Assembly (NCBI GenBank): GCA_964247055.1
Contig: OZ176052.1
Location: 14,136,001-14,200,000, forward strand
Direction: 5' to 3'
DNA from: Paragordius varius
Lineage: Eukaryota; Animalia; Nematomorpha
DNA length: 64,000 nucleotides
The notes under the pieces were generated by a model. It was not told where the DNA came from. It made no database searches and worked only from the letters and a program-made list of their open reading frames with translations. The translations under genes were made by a program, and so were the position numbers. This document shows positions 1 through 10,700 of this stretch, one piece after another. Each line of letters opens with the position of its first letter. Within the stretch, counting starts at the first letter, position 1.

Positions 1-1728
1 AGCCATTTTTATTTTTAATATCGTATAAAATAAATTTTTTAAATATTTAAAAAATTCATAAAAATTACATTTATAGTCCGATCCCCAAAATATTTGGGGT
101 GATGATGGAACTACCATAGGGCTACCCAAAAAAAATTATAATGACATCACCTGATCAAATTTGGATTTTAGGTAGCCATTTTTATTTTTAATATCGTATA
201 AAATAAATTTTTTAAATATTTAAAAAATTCAAAAAAATTACATTTATACTCCGATCTCGAAAATATTTGGGGTGATGATGGAACTACCATAGGGCTACCC
301 AAAAAAAATTATGGCGACATCACCTGATCAAATTTGGATTTTAGGTAGCCATTTTTATTTTTAAAATCGTATAAAATAAATTTTTTAAATATTTAAAAAA
401 TTCATAAAAATTACATTTATACTCCGATCTCGAAAATATTTGGGGTGATGATGGAACTACCATAGGGCTACGCAAAAAAAATTATGGCGACATCACCTGA
501 TCAAATTTGGATTTAAGGTAGCCATTTTTATTTTTAAAATCGTATAAAATAAATTTTTTAAATATTTAAAAAATTCAAAAAAATTACATTTATACTCCGA
601 TCCCCAAAATATTTGGGGTGATGATGGAATTACCATAGGGCTACCCAAAAAAAATTATGGTGACATCACCTGATCAAATTTGGATTTTAGGCCATTTTTA
701 TTTTTAAAATCGTATAAAATAAATTTTTTAAATATTTAAAAAATTCATAAAAATTACATTTATACTCCGATCTCGAAAATATTTGGGGTGATGATGGAAC
801 TACCATAGGGCTACCCAAAAAAAATTATGGCGACATCACCAGATCAAATTTGGATTTTAGGTAGCCATTTTTATTTTTAAAATCGTATAAAATAAATTTT
901 TTAAATATTTAAAAAATTCATAAAAATTACATTTATAGTCCGATCCCCAAAATATTTGGGGTGATGATGGAACTACCATAGGGCTACCCAAAAAAAATTA
1001 TGGTGACATCACATGATCAAATTTGGATTTTAGGTAGCCATTTTTATTTTTAAAATCGTATAAAATAAATTTTTTAAATATTTAAAAAATTCATAAAAAT
1101 TACATTTATAGTCCGATCCCCAAAATATTTGGGGTGATGATGGAACTACCATAGGGCTACCCAAAAAAAATTATAGTGACATCACCTGATCAAATTTGGA
1201 TATTAGGTAGCCATTTTTATTTTTAATATCGTATAAAATAAATTTTTTAAATATTTAAAAAATTCATAAAAATTACATTTATAGTCCGATCCCCAAAATA
1301 TTTGAGGTGATGATGGAACAACCATAGGGCTACGCAAAAAAAATTATGGCGACATCACCTGATCAAATTTGGATTTTAGGTAGCCATTTTTATTTTTAAA
1401 ATCGTATAAAATAAATTTTTTAAATATTTAAAAAATTCAAAAAAATTACATTTATACTCCGATCTCGAAAATATTTGGGGTGATGATGGAACTACCATAG
1501 GGCTACCCAAAAAAAATTATGGCGACATCACTTGATCAAATTTGGATTTTAGGTAGTCATTTTTATTTTTAAAATCGTATAAAATAAATTTTTTAAATAT
1601 TTAAAAAATTCATAAAAATTACATTTATACTCCGATATCGAAAATATTTGGGGTGATGATGGAACTACCATAGGGCTACCCAAAAAAAATTATAGTGACA
1701 TCACCTGATCAAATTTGGATTTTAGATA

Positions 1729-4700
1729 AACCATTTTTATTTTTAATATCGTATAAAATAAATTTTTTAAATATTTAAAAAATTCATAAAAATTACATTT
1801 ATAGTCCGATCCCCAAAATATTTGGGGTGATGATGGAACTACCATAGGGCTACCCAAAAAAAATTATAGTGACATCACCTGATAAAATTTGGATTTTAGG
1901 TAGCCATTTTTATTTTTAAAATCGTATAAAATAAATTTTTTAAATATTTAAAAAATTCATAAAAATTACATTTATAGTCCGATCCCCAAAATATTTGGGG
2001 TGATGATGGAACTACCATAGGGCTACCCAAAAAAAATTATGGTGACATCACCTGATCAAATTTGGATTTTAGGTAGCCATTTTTATTTTTAAAATCGTAT
2101 AAAATAAATTTTTTAAATATTTAAAAAATTCATAAAAATTACATTTATACTCCGATCTCGAAAATATTTGGGGTGATGATGGAACTACCATAGGACTACC
2201 CAAAAAAAATTATAGTGACATCACCTGATCAAATTTGGATTTTAGGTAGCCATTTTTATTTTTAAAATCGTATAAAATAAATTTTTTAAATATTTAAAAA
2301 ATTCATAAAAATTACATTTATAGTCCGATCCCCAAAATATTTGAGGTGATGATGGAACAACCATAAAGCTACGCAAAAAGAATTATGGCGACATCACCTG
2401 ATCAAATTTGGATTTTAGGTAGCCATTTTTATTTTTAAAATCGTATAAAATAAATTTTTTAAATATTTAAAAAATTCATAAAAATTACATTTATACTCCG
2501 ATCTCGAAAATATTTGGGGTGATGATGGAACTACCATAGGGCTACCCAAAAAAAATTATAGTGACATCACCTGATCAAATTTGGATTTTAGGTAGCCATT
2601 TTTATTTTTAAAATCGTATAAAATAAATTTTTTAAATATTTAAAAAATTCATAAAAATTACATTTATAGTCCGATCCCCAAAATATTTGGGGTGATGATG
2701 GAATTACCATAGGGCTACCCAAAAAAAATTATGGTGACATCAGCTGATCAAATTTGGATTTTAGGTAGCCATTTTTATTTTTAATATCGTATAAAATAAA
2801 TTTTTTAAATATTTAAAAAATTCATAAAAATTACATTTATAGTCCGATCCCCAAAATATTTGAGGTGATGATGGAACAACCATAGGGCTACGCAAAAAAA
2901 ATTATGGCGACATCACCTGATCAAATTTGGATTTTAGGTAGCCATTTTTATTTTTAAAATCGTATAAAATAAATTTTTTAAATATTTAATAAATTCAAAA
3001 AAATTACATTTATACTCCGATCTCGAAAATATTTGGGGTGATGATGGAACTACCATAGGGCTACCCAAAAAAAATTATGGCGACATCACCTGATCAAATT
3101 TGGATTTTAGGTAGCCATTTTTATTTTTAAAATCGTATAAAATAAATTTTTTAAATATTTAAAAAATTCATAAAAATTACATTTATACTCCGATCTCGAA
3201 AATATTTGGGGTGATGATGGAACTACCATAGGACTACCCAAAAAAAATTATAGTGACATCACCTGATCAAATTTGGATTTTAGGTAACCATTTTTATTTT
3301 TAATATCGTATAAAATAAATTTTTTAAATATTTAAAAAATTCATAAAAATTACATTTATAGTCCGATCCCCAAAATATTTGGGGTGATGATGGAACTACC
3401 ATAGGGCTACCCAAAAAAAATTATAGTGACATCACCTGATCAAATTTGGATTTTAGGTAGCCATTTTTATTTTTAAAATCGTATAAAATAAATTTTTTAA
3501 ATATTTAAAAAATTCAAAAAAATTACATTTATACTCCGATCTCGAAAATATTTTGGGTGATGATGGAACTACCATAGGGCTACCCAAAAAAAATTATGGC
3601 GACATCACCTGATCAAATTTGGATTTTAGGTAGCCATTTTTATTTTTAAAATCGTATAAAATAAATTTTTTAAATGTTTAAAAAATTCATAAAAATTACA
3701 TTTATAGTCCGATCCCCAAAATATTTGGGGTGATGATGGAATTACCATAGGGCTACCCAAAAAAATTATGGTGACATCACCTGATCAAATTTTGATTTTA
3801 GGTAGCCATTTTTATTTTTAAAATCGTATAAAATAAATTTTTTAAATATTTAAAAAATTCATAAAAATTACATTTATACTCCGATCTCGAAAATATTTGG
3901 GGTGATGATGGAACTACCATAGGGCTACCCAAAAAAAATTATAGTGACATCACCTGATCAAATTTGGATTTTAGGTAACCATTTTTATTTTTAATATCGT
4001 ATAAAATAAATTTTTTAAATATTTAAAAAATTCATAAAAATTACATTTATAGTCCGATCCCCAAAATATTTGGGGTGATGATGGAACTACCATAGGGCTA
4101 CCCAAAAAAAATTATAGTGACATCACCTGATAAAATTTGGATTTTAGGTAGCCATTTTTATTTTTAAAATCGTATAAAATAAATTTTTTAAATATTTAAA
4201 AAATTCATAAAAATTACATTTATAGTCCGATCCCCAAAATATTTGGGGTGATGATGGAACTACCATAGGGCTACCCAAAAAAAATTATGGTGACATCACC
4301 TGATCAAATTTGGATTTTAGGTAGCCATTTTTATTTTTAAAATCGTATAAAATAAATTTTTTAAATATTTAAAAAATTCATAAAAATTACATTTATACTC
4401 CGATCTCGAAAATATTTGGGGTGATGATGGAACTACCATAGGACTACCCAAAAAAAATTATAGTGACATCACCTGATCAAATTTGGATTTTAGGTAGCCA
4501 TTTTTATTTTTAAAATCGTATAAAATAAATTTTTTAAATATTTAAAAAATTCATAAAAATTACATTTATAGTCCGATCCCCAAAATATTTGAGGTGATGA
4601 TGGAACAACCATAGGGCTACGCAAAAAGAATTATGGCGACATCACCTGATCAAATTTGGATTTAGGTAGCCATTTTTATTTTTAAAATCGTATAAAATAA

Positions 4701-6223
4701 ATTTTTTAAATATTTAAAAAATTCATAAAAATTACATTTATACTCCGATCTCGAAAATATTTGGGGTGATGATGGAACTACCATAGGGCTACCCAAAAAA
4801 AATTATAGTGACATCACCTGATCAAATTTGGATTTTAGGTAGCCATTTTTATTTTTAAAATCGTATAAAATAAATTTTTTAAATATTTAAAAAATTCATA
4901 AAAATTACATTTATAGTCCGATCCCCAAAATATTTGGGGTGATGATGGAATTACCATAGGGCTACCCAAAAAAAATTATGGTGACATCAGCTGATCAAAT
5001 TTGGATTTTAGGTAGCCATTTTTATTTTTAATATCGTATAAAATAAATTTTTTAAATATTTAAAAAATTCATAAAAATTACATTTATAGTCCGATCCCCA
5101 AAATATTTGAGGTGATGATGGAACAACCATAGGGCTACGCAAAAAAAATTATGGCGACATCACCTGATCAAATTTGGATTTTAGGTAGCCATTTTTATTT
5201 TTAAAATCGTATAAAATAAATTTTTTAAATATTTAATAAATTCAAAAAAATTACATTTATACTCCGATCTCGAAAATATTTGGGGTGATGATGGAACTAC
5301 CATAGGGCTACCCAAAAAAAATTATGGCGACATCACCTGATCAAATTTGGATTTTAGGTAGCCATTTTTATTTTTAAAATCGTATAAAATAAATTTTTTA
5401 AATATTTAAAAAATTCATAAAAATTACATTTATACTCCGATCTCGAAAATATTTGGGGTGATGATGGAACTACCATAGGACTACCCAAAAAAAATTATAG
5501 TGACATCACCTGATCAAATTTGGATTTTAGGTAACCATTTTTATTTTTAATATCGTATAAAATAAATTTTTTAAATATTTAAAAAATTCATAAAAATTAC
5601 ATTTATAGTCCGATCCCCAAAATATTTGGGGTGATGATGGAACTACCATAGGGCTACCCAAAAAAAATTATAGTGACATCACCTGATCAAATTTGGATTT
5701 TAGGTAGCCATTTTTATTTTTAAAATCGTATAAAATAAATTTTTTAAATATTTAAAAAATTCAAAAAAATTACATTTATACTCCGATCTCGAAAATATTT
5801 TGGGTGATGATGGAACTACCATAGGGCTACCCAAAAAAAATTATGGCGACATCACCTGATCAAATTTGGATTTTAGGTAGCCATTTTTATTTTTAAAATC
5901 GTATAAAATAAATTTTTTAAATGTTTAAAAAATTCATAAAAATTACATTTATAGTCCGATCCCCAAAATATTTGGGGTGATGATGGAATTACCATAGGGC
6001 TACCCAAAAAAATTATGGTGACATCACCTGATCAAATTTGGATTTTAGGTAGCCATTTTTATTTTTAAAATCGTATAAAATAAATTTTTTAAATATTTAA
6101 AAAATTCATAAAAATTACATTTATACTCCGATCTCGAAAATATTTGGGGTGATGATGGAACTACCATAGGGCTACCCAAAAAAAATTATAGTGACATCAC
6201 CTGATCAAATTTGGATTTTAGGT
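1729..6223. repeat. Tandem duplication of a 13-monomer unit (~2,247 bp x2)
   Basis: Rare variants recur at offset ~2,247: CAGCTG 2741/4988, TGATAAAA, AAAAAGAA, ATTTAATAAA, TTTTGGG and AAATGTTT. Confidence 0.9.
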
Positions 6224-6363
6224 AACCATTTTTATTTTTAATATCGTATAAAATAAATTTTTTAAATATTTAAAAAATTCATAAAAATTACATTTATAGT
6301 CCGATCCCCAAAATATTTGGGGTGATGATGGAACTACCATAGGGCTACCCAAAAAAAATTATA

Positions 6364-6371
6364 GTGACATC
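6364..6371 (+). repeat. 8-bp target-site duplication GTGACATC, left copy
   Basis: Identical to 7744-7751; this 8-mer occurs once in an uninterrupted monomer. Confidence 0.93.
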
Positions 6372-6381
6372 TAGGGTTGTG
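6372..6381 (+). repeat. Left terminal inverted repeat TAGGGTTGTG
   Basis: Exact reverse complement of 7734-7743; the match breaks at the next base. Confidence 0.95.
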
Positions 6382-6392
6382 CCCATTAGTCA

Positions 6393-6458
6393 ATGACCTA
6401 GGGTCATGACCTAGGTCATGACCATGGTCATGACCACGAAAAAAAATGACCTAGGTCA
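6393..6458. repeat. Left subterminal palindromic 12-bp repeats ATGACC(TA/AT)GGTC
   Basis: Copies at 6393 (13 nt), 6406, 6418, 6430 (partial) and 6446. The repeats are directly visible; a role as transposase-binding sites is inferred from known hAT end organisation. Confidence 0.85.
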
Positions 6459-6600
6459 ATTTTTTATTTTTTTTAATTTTTTATTTTTTTAATTTTACAA
6501 TTTATAAAAAAACAAAACCTTATATTATTTATATATGTATTATTTTTTTTAAATATCATATGATACACATCTTTTCTTTAATTCCTAAATTTAATGAAGC

Positions 6601-6725
6601 CTTGAATTTTTCGATCAAAAAAATCAAGTTACATGCAAGAAATGTAATTTCACTATATATATTAAATAAAAACCGAATGAAGAAACATTTAAATGAAGTT
6701 CATGAAATAAATTTTATGATAGAAG
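6601..6725 (+). pseudogene. Frameshifted BED zinc-finger region of hAT transposase
   Basis: Frame +1 from 6601 reads LEFFDQKNQVTCKKCNFTIYIK* (Cys codons at 6634 and 6643). Frame +2 from 6677 reads MKKHLNEVHEINFMIE. Together they give the CxxC...HLxxxH pattern of BED fingers. Confidence 0.75.
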
Positions 6726-6795
6726 GTGATGGTTGAAAAGCAAGCTAATTATTTAATTTCTTAAGTTTAGTCTTAAAAATTTCTGTTTTCAACAG
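6726..6795 (+). other. Putative 70-nt spliceosomal intron in the transposase pseudogene
   Basis: Starts GTGATG, ends TTCTGTTTTCAACAG, contains CTAAT at 6745-6749 and a stop in the upstream frame. Removing it joins G(6725)+AA(6796-6797) as Glu and puts the BED frame in register with ISQKHLAKFIY. Confidence 0.55.
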
Positions 6796-7440
6796 AAATT
6801 AGCCAGAAACATTTGGCAAAATTTATTTATATATCCTCAACTCTAAACATAGTTGAAAATAAACATTTTCGAAGTTTCATTCATAGTTTAAACCTAATTA
6901 TGCTATTCCAAATAGAAAACAGATTTCCAATAAATTATTAGATTCATGTTATGAAGATATAAAAATAGTTATTGGAATATGTAAAAATAATATTTTATTG
7001 ATCGTCGATCCCTTTACCAATATTCGTAGGAAGCAAATAATTAATATTATTGGCCAAGGATCCCAAAAATCATTTTTATTAACTATTGACGCATCTTATC
7101 ATAGTAAGACTGCCGAATATATCTATAACATAATGGAACCAATTATAAAAGATATTGGTTATTTAAATAATTAATGCCATTGTGACCGATAATGCAGCGA
7201 ACATGAAGGCTGCTGAAAATTTAATTAATAAAGAATATCCTAATATAATATGACATGTATGCCAATGTCATATAATATATAATTTGATCTAAGAATATAT
7301 TAATCTTAATAAGATTACTGAATATTTAAATGTAGTGAACACGATGATATATTCTAATAAATCGTATAAAAAATTTCAAGAAAAAAAGCCATCCTAAGTT
7401 AACGTTAAGTTCATGGACAGTGACTCGTTGTTACACAATC
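6796..7440 (+). pseudogene. Decayed hAT transposase catalytic region, N-terminal half only
   Basis: Frame +3: ISQKHLAKFIYISSTLNIVENKHFRSFIHSLN. Frame +2 from 6893: PNYAIPNRKQISNKLLDSCYEDIK...LLIVDPFTNIRRKQIINII...HSKTAEYIYNIMEPIIKDIG (putative catalytic Asp codon 7007). Frame +3 from 7170: INAIVTDNAANMKAAENLINKEYPNII*HVCQCHIIYNLI*. Frame +1 from 7420: VTRCYTI (TRW-like). At least three frameshifts and two in-frame stops. Confidence 0.9.
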
Positions 7441-7688
7441 TAAATAATTAGAGCATAAATAGGCTTAAATAAATGCATATTTTTTCATTAGTCTTAGCTT
7501 TCTGTGATTTGAAACTTTCTATAAGTCTTTATGTATGATTCCAGGAAGTTAATTGTAGAAATTTAAATTATCAGGATTGGTGAAAGTATAATTTTAAAAA
7601 AATATACACTTTATGTAAAAACCTTTTTTATGTGATTTAATCAAATATTTATGTATGTAGTTATGTATTATTGGCAATAACATATGGT

Positions 7689-7729
7689 ATGACCTAGGTC
7701 TGACCCCCTTTTTCGAAAAAAGGGGGTCA
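7689..7729. repeat. Right subterminal ATGACCTAGGTC copy plus 13-bp perfect hairpin
   Basis: ATGACCTAGGTC at 7689-7700; TGACCCCCTTTTT (7701-7713), CGA loop, AAAAAGGGGGTCA (7717-7729). Confidence 0.85.
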
Positions 7730-7733
7730 AAAT

Positions 7734-7743
7734 CACAACCCTA
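7734..7743 (-). repeat. Right terminal inverted repeat CACAACCCTA
   Basis: Exact reverse complement of 6372-6381. Confidence 0.95.
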
Positions 7744-7751
7744 GTGACATC
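7744..7751 (+). repeat. 8-bp target-site duplication GTGACATC, right copy
   Basis: Identical to 6364-6371. Confidence 0.93.
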
Positions 7752-7776
7752 ACCTGATCAAATTTGGATTTTAGGT

Positions 7777-10700
7777 AGCCATTTTTATTTTTAAAATCGT
7801 ATAAAATAAATTTTTTAAATATTTAAAAAATTCATAAAAATTACATTTATACTCCGATCTCGAAAATATTTGGGGTGATGATGGAACTACCATAGGGCTA
7901 CCCAAAAAAAATTATAGTGACATCACCTGATCAAATTTGGATTTTAGGTAGCCATTTTTATTTTTAAAATCGTATAAAATAAATTTTTTAAATATTTAAA
8001 AAATTCATAAAAATTACATTTATAGTCCGATCCCCAAAATATTTGGGGTGATGATGGAACTACCATAGGGCTACCCAAAAAAAATTATGGTGACATCACC
8101 TCATCAAATTTGGATTTTAGGTAGTCATTTTTATTTTTAAAATCGTATAAAATAAATTTTTTAAATATTTAAAAAATTCATAAAAATTACATTTATAGTC
8201 CGATCCCCAAAATATTTGGGGTGATGATGGAACTACCATAGGGCTACCCAAAAAAAATTATAGTGACATCACCTGATCAAATTTGGATTTTAGGTAGCCA
8301 TTTTTATTTTTAAAATCGTATAAAATAAATTTTTTAAATATTTAAAAAATTCATAAAAATTACATTTATAGTCCGATCCCCAAAATATTTGGGGTGATGA
8401 TGGAACTACCATAGGGCTACCCAAAAAAAATTATGGTGACATCACCTCATCAAATTTGGATTTTAGGTAGTCATTTTTATTTTTAAAATCGTATAAAATA
8501 AATTTTTTAAATATTTAAAAAATTCAAAAAAATTACATTTATACTCCGATCTCGACAATATTTGGGGTGATGATGGAACTACCATAGGGCTACCCAAAAA
8601 AAATTATGGTGACATCACCTGATCAAATTTGGATTTTAGGTAGCCATTTTTATTTTTAAAATCGTATAAAATAAATTTTTTAAATATTTAAAAAATTCAT
8701 AAAAATTACATTTATACTCCGATCTCGAAAATATTTGGGGTGATGATGGAACTACCATAGGGCTACCCAAAAAAAATTATAGTGACATCACCTGATCAAA
8801 TTTGGATTTTAGGTAGCCATTTTTATTTTTAAAATCGTATAAAATAAATTTTTTAAATATTTAAAAAATTCATAAAAATTACATTTATAGTCCGATCCCC
8901 AAAATATTTGAGGTGATGATGGAACAACCATAGGGCTACGCAAAAAAAATTATGGCGACATCACCTGATCAAATTTGTAGGCAGCCATTTTTATTTTTAA
9001 AATCGTATAAAATAAATTTTTTAAATATTTAAAAAATTCAAAAAAATTACATTTATACTCCGATCTCGAAAATATTTGGGGTGATGATGGAACTACCATA
9101 GGGCTACCCAAAAAAAATTATGGCGACATCACCTGATCAAATTTGGATTTTAGGTAGCCATTTTTATTTTTAAAATCGTATAAAATAAATTTTTTAAATA
9201 TTTAAAAAATTCATAAAAATTACATTTATACTCCGATCTCGAAAATATTTGGGGTGATGATGGAACTACCATAGGACTACCCAAAAAAAATTATAGTGAC
9301 ATCACCTGATCAAATTTGGATTTTAGGTAGCCATTTTTATTTTTAAAATCGTATAAAATAAATTTTTTAAATATTTAAAAAATTCATAAAAATTACATTT
9401 ATAGTCCGATCCCCAAAATATTTGGGGTGATGATGGAACTACCATAGGGCTACCCAAAAAAAATTATGTTGACATCACCTGATCAAATTTGGATTTTAGG
9501 TAGCCATTTTTATTTTTAAAATCGTATAAAATAAATTTTTTAAATATTTAAAAAATTCAAAAAAATTACATTTATACTCCGATCTCGAAAATATTTGGGG
9601 TGATGATGGAACTACCATAGGGCTACCCAAAAAAAATTATGGCGACATCACCTGATCAAATTTGGATTTTAGGTAGCCATTTTTATTTTTAAAATCGTAT
9701 AAAATAAATTTTTTAAATATTTAAAAAATTCATAAAAATTACATTTATACTCCGATCTCGACAATATTTGGGGTGATGATGGAACTACGATAGGTCTACC
9801 CAAAAAAAATTATAGTGACATCACCTGATCAAATTTGGATTTTAGGTAGCCATTTTTATTTTTAAAATCGTATAAAATAAATTTTTTAAATATTTAAAAA
9901 AAATCATAAAAATTACATTTATAGTCCGATCCCCAAAATATTTGGGGTGATGATGGAACAACCATAGGGCTACGCAAAAAAAATTATGGCGACATCACCT
10001 GATCAAATTTGGATTTTAGGTAGCCATTTTTATTTTTAAAATCGTATAAAATAAATTCTTAAAATATTTAAAAAATTCAAAAAAATTACATTTATACTCC
10101 GATCTCGAAAATATTTGGGGTGATGATGGAACTACCATAGGGCTACCCAAAAAAAATTATAGTGACATCACCTGATCAAATTTGGATTTTAGGTAACCAT
10201 TTTTATTTTTAAAATCGTATAAAATAAATTTTTTAAATATTTAAAAAATTCATAATAATTACATTTATAGTCCGATCCCCAAAATATTTGAGGTGATGAT
10301 GGAACAACCATAGGGCTACGCAAAAAAAATTATGGCGACATCACCTGATCAAATTTGGATTTTAGGTAGCCATTTTTATTTTTAAAATCGTATAAAATAA
10401 ATTTTTTAAATATTTAAAAAATTCATAAAAATTACATTTAGAGTCCGATCCCCAAAATATTTGGGGTGATGATGGAATTACCATAGGGCTACCCAAAAAA
10501 AATTATGGTGACATCACCTGATCAAACTTGGATTTTAGGTAGCCATTTTTATTTTTAATATCGTATAAAATAAATTTTTTAAATATTTAAAAAATTCATA
10601 AAAATTACATTTATAGTCCGATCCCCAAAATATTTGAGGTGATGATGGAACAACCATAGGGCTACGCAAAAAAAATTATGGCGACATCACCTGATCAAAT

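Larger units (their letters stand above)
1..6371. repeat. 173-bp AT-rich tandem satellite array, left of the transposon (~37 monomers)
   Basis: The monomer start AGCCATTTTT recurs at 1, 174, 347 and onward (period 173). Consensus: agccatttttatttttaaaatcgtataaaataaattttttaaatatttaaaaaattcataaaaattacatttata(g/c)tccgatc(ccc/tcg)aaaatatttggggtgatgatggaactaccatagggctacccaaaaaaaattat(ag/gg)(t/c)gacatcacctgatcaaatttggattttaggt. Confidence 0.99.
6372..7743 (+). mobile_element. Non-autonomous hAT-superfamily DNA transposon, 1,372 bp, internally deleted and decayed
   Basis: Perfect 10-bp TIR, 8-bp TSD (the length typical of hAT), TAG-starting terminus, shared subterminal motif at both ends, and internal hAT transposase remnants. 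Removing the element and one TSD copy restores a normal monomer (atagtgacatcacctgatc). Confidence 0.95.

Noticed and set aside
83-99. Compensatory covariation in the CCCCAAA/TTTGGGG hairpin
   Set aside because: The CTCG and GAGG alleles both break pairing and do not restore it when combined, so there is no sign of selection on this stem.
1-173. Alpha satellite or CENP-B box
   Set aside because: The length is similar to 171 bp, but the consensus has no TTCG....A..CGGG motif and the sequence is far more AT-rich; I do not recognise it as a named satellite family.
6458-6496. Short T-rich tandem (AATTTTTTATTTTTTT x2) resembling the satellite's T-tracts
   Set aside because: Low-complexity sequence with no specific homology.
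7359-7371. 13-bp match AAATCGTATAAAA between the transposon interior and satellite positions 18-30, suggesting the satellite derives from the element
   Set aside because: Short, almost all A/T and not extendable; plausible by chance between two AT-rich sequences.
7441-7688. hAT C-terminal dimerisation domain or catalytic Glu
   Set aside because: All three + frames have stops and I could not see a convincing SxxxERxFS-type motif.
7701-7729. Rho-independent terminator
   Set aside because: The context is eukaryotic, the stem has no following U-tract on the + strand, and its arms are the element's TGACC/GGTCA motif.
6370-7744. Helitron reading of the insertion (A|TC...hairpin...CTAG|T)
   Set aside because: The TC start, hairpin 11 nt upstream of CTAG and A/T flanks are all present, but joining those flanks leaves 5 extra bases (TGACA) that Helitrons do not create. 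The TIR, 8-bp TSD and hAT transposase explain the site completely, and no Rep/helicase remnant is seen.
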